A DNA stretch of 28,083 nucleotides from Coriobacteriia bacterium (GCA_009779015.1 WRFC01000001.1:1-28083), one strand, 5' to 3'; shown: positions 7,829-15,842, counted from the first letter of the stretch. The notes: generated from the letters alone by a model not told the origin. Translations and numbers: made by a program.

Positions 7829-9097
7829 TTGCAGTTTGATTCGCTTAGGGATTATTCTCTGATTACCGGCATTGGAATACAGGTTGTAAACAGGAATGGT
7901 GTAGCCTCTTTTGCTACTGACCAATATCTGAAAACCCAGGATGCCTTGTTATTTCTTGCTAATTTACTGAATGTCGGCCATCTGACCGAAGCCGTAAAGG
8001 TCAAGAGCCTGATTCGCTCTACCGAGTATGGCGGTTTATATACCTTCCTCGATCCACGCGGCCTGACTTTTATTACGGCGCCGATCTCCAAAGGGCAAAA
8101 CTGTAACCGTTTTGTCATTGGCGGCCCGATCATCCTATCTGATTTAGATGATTATCTGAATTTCGAAGTGCTGCCTCAGGCCAATAACTCTAGCTTCGGA
8201 CCGCAAAAAGTCCGCGAGATCGTTTCCGCAATCCCCGTCTGCACTCCATCGCTGGTCTCAGCTTTCTCTGAACAGCTTTTTGTGAACTCAGCATTCATCA
8301 ATGGCGGTAATACCAACCAGTCCAGCCCGTCAGATAAACTCCTCTACAATTTTGTTGATAACTACGACTACACTGACAACGTCGATCTGCCAAACCTGCG
8401 GATAAAAAGCTATATGTACGACAGCCAAAGAGAGGTCGATGAGCAATATCGCCTTCTCAAGACGCTCAAGAGCCAAGAGGAGCTGCAGGCCAAGATCCTG
8501 TTAAACGAGATACTCGAGCAAATCCTCTTTCACCCGCGTAACAACCTGGACTTCATTAAAAGCCGCGTTGTCGAGCTCTTGACGATCATGACACGCTCAA
8601 CGATCAGTAATGGCGCTGATGTGAAGATGGCGACTTTTATTCGTAATAAGGCATTTGTGGAGATCGAAGAACACAAGACCCTTGATGACATTGTGATCTG
8701 GCTGAACGAGCTTTTTGAGCGTTTCTCCTCACATACTTTTAAGAACCCACACTCTAAGCACGCTGACGCAATCAAAGAGTCATTGGCTTACTTGCTCGAG
8801 CATTTCAGCGAGAAGATCACCTTGAATGACGTGGCCGCGCATGTCTCTTTTAGCCCGACCTATCTTTGCACAATGTTCAAAAACGAGATGGGCCAAAGCT
8901 TTAAAAGCTGCTTGAACCGCATCCGCATAGAAAAAAGCAAAGAGTTGATGCCAAATCACGATCTCAGCATTGCCGATATCAGCTACAAAGTCGGTTTTGC
9001 AGATCAAAGCTATTTTGCGCGCGTCTTTAAACAATACGAAGGCATTACGCCTTATCACTACCGGCTCACAAGCAAGCCGACAGGCGCTGAAAAGTAG
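7829..9097 (+). CDS. AraC-family transcriptional regulator with N-terminal PocR-like sensor domain
   Basis: C-terminal ITLNDVAAHVSFSPTYLCTMFK...SIADISYKVGFADQSYFARVFKQYEGITP (AraC HTH); N-terminal TGIGIQVVNRNG and GLTFITAPI...IGGP resemble PocR. TTG start after GGGAGG. Confidence 0.85.
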   Translation: MQFDSLRDYSLITGIGIQVVNRNGVASFATDQYLKTQDALLFLANLLNVGHLTEAVKVKSLIRSTEYGGLYTFLDPRGLTFITAPISKGQNCNRFVIGGPIILSDLDDYLNFEVLPQANNSSFGPQKVREIVSAIPVCTPSLVSAFSEQLFVNSAFINGGNTNQSSPSDKLLYNFVDNYDYTDNVDLPNLRIKSYMYDSQREVDEQYRLLKTLKSQEELQAKILLNEILEQILFHPRNNLDFIKSRVVELLTIMTRSTISNGADVKMATFIRNKAFVEIEEHKTLDDIVIWLNELFERFSSHTFKNPHSKHADAIKESLAYLLEHFSEKITLNDVAAHVSFSPTYLCTMFKNEMGQSFKSCLNRIRIEKSKELMPNHDLSIADISYKVGFADQSYFARVFKQYEGITPYHYRLTSKPTGAEK

Positions 9098-9244
9098 TCG
9101 GCTTTCAGATAAATCGACGAGGCTTTGTCGATGCCAGATTTCGTAAATTGAGCGAGGAGCCTGAGCCCCCGTTAAATGAGTTTTGCTGAAAAATGGATTA
9201 GTTGTATTTTATTCAGCTCAAGGTAATTTCCTACGGATTGTTCA

Positions 9245-9285
9245 GAAATAATTACAAGAAAGAACGTAGACAGCAGCCTTACACT
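9245..9285 (+). promoter_or_regulatory. Putative activator-dependent promoter of mtaB
   Basis: GAAATAATTACAAGAA (9245-9260; 13/16 identical to the metF copy), 19 nt, TACACT (9280-9285). Confidence 0.45.
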
Positions 9286-9346
9286 AAAGCTAGTGCTTGG
9301 GCAAACAATATCCATTTTGAATCGATTCTGAAGGAGATGTGAGCTT

Positions 9347-10744
9347 ATGGGAAAAAAGAGCTATACCACAACCGCATATACCAATGTAGATGATTTTATC
9401 TATGGTAAAGCGGTTACCCCCGTCACCACAAAGCGGGGTCTCGTAATTGGTGGAGGCAAGGTGTATCCAGAGGTAAACTTCACCCTGCCGACAATGCTCG
9501 TTACCAAAGAGACGATGCCGGAAGTCCTGGACATTTACAGGGAGATCGCAGACGGCATCTGCGCCCGTGCAGTCGATCTGGAGCTTGAAGGCGTCCAGCT
9601 AGAGTGCGAATGGGTACCCCAAACGACATTTGAGCCTGAGTGGGGCATTCAGCACATGCAGGTCATCGAAGAGGTAGTCGAAGGCTACTATCAGAAGTAC
9701 GGCCTGAAGGGCTCTATCCGCTCAACGCCAGTCGATGTCCGTGAAGTTGGCGCGGCAGAAGGCCTAGAGCATATGTGGCACGGATCGCTCTGGGACAAGG
9801 TTGTTCGGTCCATGGAAGGCAGCGCGGCTGCTGGTAACGACTTCCTCTCCATCGAGTCAATCGGCGGCAAGGATGTCCACGACGAAGGTCTGATGTACAA
9901 CGATATAAGCAAGATCATCTTTGCCCTTGGCGTTCTTGGTGCCAAGGATATGGAAAAACTGTGGGGCATGATCGTCGACGTCGCAGCCAAGCACCCCGGC
10001 TGCCGTGCTGCTGGCGACACCGCCTGCGGTTTTGCCAATACCGCTATGGTTTTGGCTGAGCAGAACTACATTTCCCGCGTCTTCGGCGCCACCGCCCGCG
10101 TTGCCGCTACTGTCCGCACCATGGTTGCCAACCAAATGGGCGCCACCGGTCCGGACAAGGACTGCGGTTATGAGGGTGTCATCGTCAAGGCCATCACCGG
10201 TACCCCGGTCACGATGGAAGGCCATGTGGCTTGCGTTGCCCACCTTTCTCGCGTTGGTAATGTTGCGATTTGCTGCGCCGACCTTTGGAGCAACGAGTCA
10301 ATCCAGCACATTAAACTGCTCGGTGGCTGGGGCGAGGTTGTCGGACTTGAGCAGCTCACCTATGACTGCCGTCTTCTCAATGGCGCCCGTGACAAGGGTT
10401 GGGACCATGAGCTTCAATCTCTGTATGCTGATAGCGATAGCTACCTTGATCCTCATGCTTACATCCTGCGTCCGGATGTCGCGCTCGAGATTGCCAAGGG
10501 CATCGTCTCTGCTCCTGACAATGCATTCCTGCGCGTCAAGAAGGCCGTCGAAATGGCCCTTAAGGTTATGCGTCAGGGCTACAACGACAAGCGTCTGCGC
10601 TTGAACGACCGTGAGCTTTCTGCTCTTGGCCAGCTTGAGGACGATTTAGGTGCTATCACTGATGATGAAGGCGCCTTCACCGAGGAGCAGATTGCCTCGA
10701 ATAGCGACAATCCGAAATTCAAGCCGGCTCTCTACGATCTGTAA
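9347..10744 (+). CDS. mtaB: Methanol:corrinoid methyltransferase (MtaB family)
   Basis: DDFIYG..PVTT..GLVIGGG..YPEVNFTLP, FLSIESIGGK (E170), AAGDTACGFANTAM (C227), GPDKDCGYE (K271/C273), WSNES, EQLTYDCRL, DPHAYILRPD. These match the recalled MtaB Zn ligands (Glu/Cys/Cys) and the bacterial MtaB N-terminus. Confidence 0.93.
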   Translation: MGKKSYTTTAYTNVDDFIYGKAVTPVTTKRGLVIGGGKVYPEVNFTLPTMLVTKETMPEVLDIYREIADGICARAVDLELEGVQLECEWVPQTTFEPEWGIQHMQVIEEVVEGYYQKYGLKGSIRSTPVDVREVGAAEGLEHMWHGSLWDKVVRSMEGSAAAGNDFLSIESIGGKDVHDEGLMYNDISKIIFALGVLGAKDMEKLWGMIVDVAAKHPGCRAAGDTACGFANTAMVLAEQNYISRVFGATARVAATVRTMVANQMGATGPDKDCGYEGVIVKAITGTPVTMEGHVACVAHLSRVGNVAICCADLWSNESIQHIKLLGGWGEVVGLEQLTYDCRLLNGARDKGWDHELQSLYADSDSYLDPHAYILRPDVALEIAKGIVSAPDNAFLRVKKAVEMALKVMRQGYNDKRLRLNDRELSALGQLEDDLGAITDDEGAFTEEQIASNSDNPKFKPALYDL

Positions 10745-10795
10745 ACCGATTACTTGCAGAACAAAAGTCAGAGTTGATTAAGGCTCTGGCCGAAC

Positions 10796-10836
10796 AGCAG
10801 ACCGGATCCCGAGAAATTCGGATCCGGTCTGCTTTC
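10796..10836 (+). terminator. Strong hairpin downstream of mtaB, likely terminator
   Basis: AGCAGACCGGATCC...GGATCCGGTCTGCT, a 14-bp perfect stem followed by TTCT. Confidence 0.7.
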
Positions 10837-11027
10837 TGACTATCAAGAAATAGGCCGTTAGCAAAGGAGGGGTCTTTTTTTCGCCTGCAATGCTGTATGG
10901 CTTGATATCATATTGTGTGGAGGGGTTTTCCCAGTATTTATGTTATTTTTCACCCAGCTATAGGCTGTATTTCATTGATAATATCTGAAGCTTGTTTCTC
11001 AGGAGTGGAGTATCAGGAGCAGAGAAG

Positions 11028-11639
11028 ATGCCAGAAGCAAAGGTCATCAGGAAGAAAAAGTTGCGGAGCAAGGCTTTGGCGGCGAGAAGTGCCATGACAG
11101 CAATCGAAAGAGACGCATGTAGCTCTCGGGTCTGTATGCAACTGAAGGCCAGGTTAAACGAGCTTATGGACCGCCGTTTTCAAGCACCAGCAACAATTGC
11201 CGTCTATGCCGCCATGGGCGACGAGCTAAACCTTGCGTCTTTTATCGCCTCAGCATACAGTATGCCTAATATCACTGTCTGCTTCCCTTGCATGGAGCCA
11301 CGCGGAGACCAGAAGATGTCAATGCGTAGAGTCGCGCACACCAACTATATGGCCGGTGCAGTCCCATTTATTAATAACCCGCTTGAAGTGTTTAGCCCAC
11401 GCAGCCAAAAACTCTTGCCCTATACGCGTGTCAACCCCAAGATAATTGACTTTATTGTGGTGCCGCTTGTCGCTTTTGACGATTTTGGCAATCGCCTTGG
11501 CTATGGTGGCGGAAATTATGACCGCTTTCTCCCGCTCTTACGCAAAGATACGACGATCATCGGTGTCGCCTTTGAGGCCCAACATCTCGACGGGTTGCCA
11601 ATTGAAGAGCATGACGTTCCTCTGAGTATTATTGTTTAG
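11028..11639 (+). CDS. 5-formyltetrahydrofolate cyclo-ligase
   Basis: KKKLRSKALAAR, IAVYAAMGDE, VCFP, IDFIVVPLVAFDDFGNRLGYGGGNYDRFL, LPIEEHD. ATG at 11028 after AGGAG. Confidence 0.9.
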   Translation: MPEAKVIRKKKLRSKALAARSAMTAIERDACSSRVCMQLKARLNELMDRRFQAPATIAVYAAMGDELNLASFIASAYSMPNITVCFPCMEPRGDQKMSMRRVAHTNYMAGAVPFINNPLEVFSPRSQKLLPYTRVNPKIIDFIVVPLVAFDDFGNRLGYGGGNYDRFLPLLRKDTTIIGVAFEAQHLDGLPIEEHDVPLSIIV

Positions 11640-11676
11640 ATTGGGTTTTCGGGTTTTTATAAGCTAGAAGCCCTAG

Positions 11677-11756
11677 AAAAAACCGAGGCCATTAGCCTTT
11701 CCGAACAAACTGCCAAATTCTTTTTGACAGACTCCACGGATTGCTAATGGCCTCGG
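11677..11756 (-). terminator. Long-loop inverted repeat between convergent genes; probable terminator for the activase gene
   Basis: CCGAGGCCATTAGC (11683-11696) and GCTAATGGCCTCGG (11743-11756) form a perfect 14-bp IR. A6 at 11677-11682 gives a U-tract on the minus strand. Confidence 0.5.
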
Positions 11757-11782
11757 CTCAATTACATCAATACTGCAGTAGC

Positions 11783-13327
11783 TCAGACCTCAAAATACAT
11801 GTTTGTAATGAACTGGTCATCAAACATCTCATGTGCGGCCAAGTTGATCTCGTGACCGCCCTCTGCCAGGTCAACGAGGCCAGCCCGGGCACTTTCGTTC
11901 AAGCACGCTTTAACAGCGCCACTGAGGGAACTGTTACCGATCGCCTGAACGCGCCCAGAAAAGCTCTTGGGCAGCATTCCTGTTGTCAACGCACTTTCTG
12001 GGTTCAGGTTCTGCCCAAAACCACCTGCTAAAAAGACCTTCTTCGGAATATCCCCGCCCATCACGGCCATAATGATCTCTAGGCCTGAACGTGTAGCGCT
12101 CTTTGCCAATTGGAACTGGCGCAGGTCCTTCTGCGTGAAATAAACCTCGCCGCTATCCAGCGCTGGATTCTTGGCCAACACGATGCGACCGTTCTCGACC
12201 TTGTCGGTCATCAACCCTGTCTCGTCAATAAACCCTTCGCGCACCAATACCGCCATCAAGTCCAAGATGCCAGACCCGCAGATGCTCGTTGGCGGAGCAG
12301 CACCGATCGTCTGCAGCTTCCACTCGCCATTCTCGTGCTCGACCACTGAGATGGCGCCCTTTGTGCTGCCAGAGCCGCACTCGATGTTTCCTCCCTCAAA
12401 GGCTGGGCCGGCTGCCGTAGCCGTGCAGACCAGCTGATCGCCACGTTTGAAAATCAGCTCGCCATTCGTACCCATATCCATCAGGATGAAGTCATCTTCG
12501 GCACCCAGCGAACAGAGGCCGGAGGTCAAGTCGCCGCCGACATAGGCAGAGATGAACGGCATCACAGTGACATCGCAGTCTAAGGTATCTGTCTTAAAAA
12601 TATCCTTGTATTTTTGATCGACCGGATAATAGTAGTCCGGCTCAAATGGCACAAAGCCAAGCGAGCGGCACGGGGCGTTCAAAAGGATATAGGTCATTGT
12701 TGTGTTACCAGCGATTACAACGCGTTTGATCTGGCTTGAATCGACCCCGCTGTCCTTGATCATATTGGCAATGTCCTTGTCAATCTGCTTTGTCACAATC
12801 GCCGAGAGCTCAGAGGCATCGTCGAGCGAGACATTAATGCGTGATATGACATCGGCGCCATAAGGCAGCTGTTCATTCAATTGGGCAAACGAAGCAAGCT
12901 CGCCGCCTGTTTTCAAGACAATCAGCTTGCCCACGATCGTCGTTGTTCCAATGTCCACGGCGATTGCCAGATCTGAGGCAAGCGCATCGTCAATACTTCC
13001 TTCATCGATGTATTCGCCCTCGCGTGGGCCATCCGAGTCAACCTGGATGGCATAGCCTTCGTCACTCTCTTGGCTCGGTATCAGGACCTCAACATCCTCC
13101 ATCACGTATGTCCGGCAAGATAGGCGTTTCTTTCCGTTTACCCTGACCACGCACTTTCCACAACGACCGATTCCTCCACAATCGGCATGCAACTTAAAAT
13201 TCTCTTCGCGAATGATCTCGAGTAGGTTCTTTCCGACCTCTACATCAAGCTCAACGCCTTCTTCCGGAAATTTGACATGTCTTTTTTCTTCGCTCACAAC
13301 TACCCCTTTCGGATGCTGCGTCAACAT
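11783..13327 (-). CDS. ASKHA-domain reductive activator of corrinoid proteins (RACo/RamA-like) with N-terminal [2Fe-2S] domain
   Basis: ADCGGIGRCGKC...RLSC (2Fe-2S), AVDIGTTT, YGADVISRI, YVGGD, MDMGTNGEL, ATAAGPAFEG, ICGSG, FQLAKSA, LAGGFG, GNSSL. The real start may be GTG at 13297. Confidence 0.92.
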   Translation of the reverse strand: MLTQHPKGVVVSEEKRHVKFPEEGVELDVEVGKNLLEIIREENFKLHADCGGIGRCGKCVVRVNGKKRLSCRTYVMEDVEVLIPSQESDEGYAIQVDSDGPREGEYIDEGSIDDALASDLAIAVDIGTTTIVGKLIVLKTGGELASFAQLNEQLPYGADVISRINVSLDDASELSAIVTKQIDKDIANMIKDSGVDSSQIKRVVIAGNTTMTYILLNAPCRSLGFVPFEPDYYYPVDQKYKDIFKTDTLDCDVTVMPFISAYVGGDLTSGLCSLGAEDDFILMDMGTNGELIFKRGDQLVCTATAAGPAFEGGNIECGSGSTKGAISVVEHENGEWKLQTIGAAPPTSICGSGILDLMAVLVREGFIDETGLMTDKVENGRIVLAKNPALDSGEVYFTQKDLRQFQLAKSATRSGLEIIMAVMGGDIPKKVFLAGGFGQNLNPESALTTGMLPKSFSGRVQAIGNSSLSGAVKACLNESARAGLVDLAEGGHEINLAAHEMFDDQFITNMYFEV

Positions 13328-13571
13328 TACATTGACCTGGTACTTAATCCTCTAGCCTGACACAAATACACTAATTCCCTATTCTACCACCGCTTTTATT
13401 TCCATTTCGGCACTCGAAATTATGAGGTTAATATCGCAGAAGAAAGTACCAAATGTCTCGATGAACGGTTTATGCAGGAATGCTGCTCTTGGGCTTTGTG
13501 TTAGCCCTTGTCAGAGCCTTAATTACATCGAAAAGCGCTCACTGGGATCGGAGAGGGGAACCCGTGGTTTT

Positions 13572-13646
13572 TGGTGGGCGATAACGGATTTGAACCGCTG
13601 ACCTTGTGCGTGTAAAGCACCTGCGCTACCGCTGCGCCAATCGCCC
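13572..13646 (-). tRNA. tRNA-Val (anticodon TAC), CCA encoded
   Basis: Reverse complement GGGCGATTGGCGCAGCGGTAGCGCAGGTGCTTTACACGCACAAGGTCAGCGGTTCAAATCCGTTATCGCCCACCA folds as a cloverleaf: acceptor GGGCGAT/ATCGCCC, TTCAAAT T-loop. Confidence 0.96.
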
Positions 13647-13682
13647 ACACAAGTGGCGACAAGTATACTACAGGCTGCTGTT

Positions 13683-14402
13683 TCAGCCAAATTGAGGCTG
13701 TTCTTCAGCCTCCCCCAAATCAGCGCTGGGCTCGGCCTCTGGCTCATTTGGAAGCCAACCGATGCTTAGCGAGGCACCCTCAGGCTTTTCTAGTAGCACA
13801 TCATAGTGGTAACCTCCCGGCAGACGCACCTGAAGGCGTGCAATGCCTCCACGCGACGGCCTTTTGAGAATTGGCTGTGCGGCATCAGGGACCGATACTG
13901 CAAATGGTAAAACCGATTTTGGCCGAGGCCCGAGAGCAGTGTCGTTTGCCTCTTTGATAGCCAATCCATTTGGACGCACTGAAGCCTCTTCGGCCTCCGA
14001 CTCCACTTTGGCTGCTGCGGCTTCTTCGGATGCCGCAACTCCTGTGGTTTCTGAGGCCACTTTGACCATCGTGGGCTCTCTGTGCGACGAGTCCGCTTCA
14101 GGCTCTTGCGTCTTATCGCCCTTCTTTTTTTGTCCTCTATTCTCAGGGCACGAGGCGTCTTCGCGATCCGGCGTCGGCGTGAGGGCGCCGCTCGGCTCTA
14201 ACAGGTCAAGGTCCTCTTCTAGGGACTCTACGAACTCACGCAGGCCGGCTTCGATATCGGCCGTCAGATGGTCGCCTGCCGAAGGAGTGTCCACGATCTG
14301 GGCGATTCCTGTTTTTTCAGAATCGGTAAAACGGTGCAAACAGCCATAACAGGTATCGATATCGTCAAAGCTGATGCTTTGGCAGTAAGGGCAAGTCCTC
14401 AT
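13683..14402 (-). CDS. Hypothetical protein with N-terminal Zn-ribbon (CPYC-x10-CYGC) and long acidic low-complexity linker
   Basis: MRTCPYCQSISFDDIDTCYGCLHRF; abuts the DUF192 gene stop. Confidence 0.7.
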   Translation of the reverse strand: MRTCPYCQSISFDDIDTCYGCLHRFTDSEKTGIAQIVDTPSAGDHLTADIEAGLREFVESLEEDLDLLEPSGALTPTPDREDASCPENRGQKKKGDKTQEPEADSSHREPTMVKVASETTGVAASEEAAAAKVESEAEEASVRPNGLAIKEANDTALGPRPKSVLPFAVSVPDAAQPILKRPSRGGIARLQVRLPGGYHYDVLLEKPEGASLSIGWLPNEPEAEPSADLGEAEEQPQFG

Positions 14403-14714
14403 TTATCTTTCCTTTCTCAAGACACTGAACTCCACGTCTTCTCCCACCTCAAACCAGCTGTCTGAGCTGGCGTAACGCTCCAGGCAGCCCCAGGCCCCGC
14501 GCTGGTTTTGAAAACGGCCGGGCTTGACTGCCCGCTCGCTTTTCAATACACGCCCTTGAGCACTGATAAAGGCCAGGTCGATCGGGCGCTTCATGCCCAG
14601 GCAATGGATGCTTGCGCAAGGAGCCAATAATAAGGCCTCACCGTTTTGGCAGCGTCGTTGGCCAAGCAGCCCACGCAGACGTTGAGCAAGGCTGGATGCT
14701 AGTTCTACTCTCAT
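14403..14714 (-). CDS. DUF192 family protein
   Basis: ASSLAQRLRGLLG...LLLAPCASIHCLGMKRPIDLAF...CLE. Confidence 0.85.
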   Translation of the reverse strand: MRVELASSLAQRLRGLLGQRRCQNGEALLLAPCASIHCLGMKRPIDLAFISAQGRVLKSERAVKPGRFQNQRGAWGCLERYASSDSWFEVGEDVEFSVLRKER

Positions 14715-14820
14715 GGTCTTCCTCTCTCTTGTCTCTCAATCCTTCAACTCCATCAATCGGCCTTTCTTGCCTTGGCGCTTTGTAAAAAGCCCTATGATCT
14801 GGCGGCCTTGAGGCCACGGC

Positions 14821-15354
14821 TTAGATAAACTGCACCAGGACACTTGAGCTATCGCCCAGGTCAAAGACCTGGAGGAGCAGGCGTTGGCCTTTTTCGGTGC
14901 TGCTGCCCCAACTGTAAGAACTGAGCAGCTTGGTCTGGCTGTCATCCTGGCCAGTGCCACTGTCAGCCGATTGCCACCCTTGGGCTAAGAGCAGCGCGTT
15001 GGTCGTTTGCTTGGCCTCAAAGGCCGTCAGCCCCGAGCTGTACGAGAGGATGCGCCCATCTGGGCTGACCGCATCGAGCTCAAAGGCGGAGCCTGGCGCC
15101 ACCAGCCCCAGCGGGTCAATGCTTGTGCCGCCAATCTGAGTCGGGCCGTTTTGGCTGGCGCCCCAGACATCTGCAACCGTCGGCACTGCGCTCTGGCCAC
15201 GCTGGCAGCTGGACTGGATGCCCAAGACGCTAAAACTGACGACCATGGCTAGGCCGAAAAGCATGGCTATGCGCAAGTTCCGCTTGCCTCGGCTTGGTTT
15301 ACCTTGGCTTTGCCTGCCTTGGTTTCGCTGGCCATGATTCTGCGTACTCACCAA
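14821..15354 (-). CDS. Membrane-anchored hypothetical protein in the tad operon
   Basis: Basic N-terminus, one hydrophobic segment (IAMLFGLAMVVSFSVLGI); overlaps the upstream TadE-like gene. Confidence 0.65.
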   Translation of the reverse strand: MVSTQNHGQRNQGRQSQGKPSRGKRNLRIAMLFGLAMVVSFSVLGIQSSCQRGQSAVPTVADVWGASQNGPTQIGGTSIDPLGLVAPGSAFELDAVSPDGRILSYSSGLTAFEAKQTTNALLLAQGWQSADSGTGQDDSQTKLLSSYSWGSSTEKGQRLLLQVFDLGDSSSVLVQFI

Positions 15355-15842
15355 AGCACCCCCGGGCGATAAGGGTCAATGACCAGCCTGCGGGTATGCT
15401 CGACCTGAAAGAGCTTGAGGCCAAAGACCGCTTTTTGGAATGGCCAGGGCGTATAGGTGAGCCGACAAGTATAGGCCTCTTGTTTGGGCAACAAAGAGAA
15501 TGCCAGGCCGCCGCCAGCATCCTCTGAGCTGCCTCCTCCCCAAGCCACCGCTTCTGCCTCGACCTTGACCTGGACATCAGGATAATCAGAAAAAGCCCCT
15601 CTCAGCAGCTGCTCGCAGGAGTCTGCCCGGCTGGCCATCCCATACGACCCGGAGGCCGGGCTGGCCGCCTGAGTGCGCACGGCCTGTTCGACCAGACGGT
15701 CGAAACGGGCAGAGGCCGCCAGATAGTTCAGGCAGTTGAAGAGGATCAAGGCCACAACGATCAGCACCGGCATCAAAACGGCCATCTCTACGGCCATCTG
15801 CCCGCGTTCATCGAGCAGGTGTGGCCTCTTATTCCCAAACAT
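15348..15842 (-). CDS. TadE/TadF-like pseudopilin
   Basis: DERGQMAVEMAVLMPVLIVVALIL, a prepilin-type G|Q-x-x-x-E motif plus hydrophobic helix. Confidence 0.8.
   Translation of the reverse strand: MFGNKRPHLLDERGQMAVEMAVLMPVLIVVALILFNCLNYLAASARFDRLVEQAVRTQAASPASGSYGMASRADSCEQLLRGAFSDYPDVQVKVEAEAVAWGGGSSEDAGGGLAFSLLPKQEAYTCRLTYTPWPFQKAVFGLKLFQVEHTRRLVIDPYRPGVLW

Noticed and set aside
9872-9889. DVHDEG in MtaB matches the cobalamin-binding DxHxxG pattern
   Set aside because: It lies inside the MtaB barrel right after ESIGGK and lacks the rest of the Rossmann B12 domain; not a fused corrinoid protein.
10777-13523. 12-bp inverted match ATTAAGGCTCTG (10777-10788 / 13512-13523) bracketing the cyclo-ligase and activase genes
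   Set aside because: One 12-mer match among all intergenic DNA is roughly expected by chance; no recombinase or transposase nearby.
13604-13620. G-A mismatch at the top of the tRNA-Val anticodon stem
   Set aside because: A single terminal mismatch is tolerated; all other arms and the CCA are intact, so not called a pseudogene.
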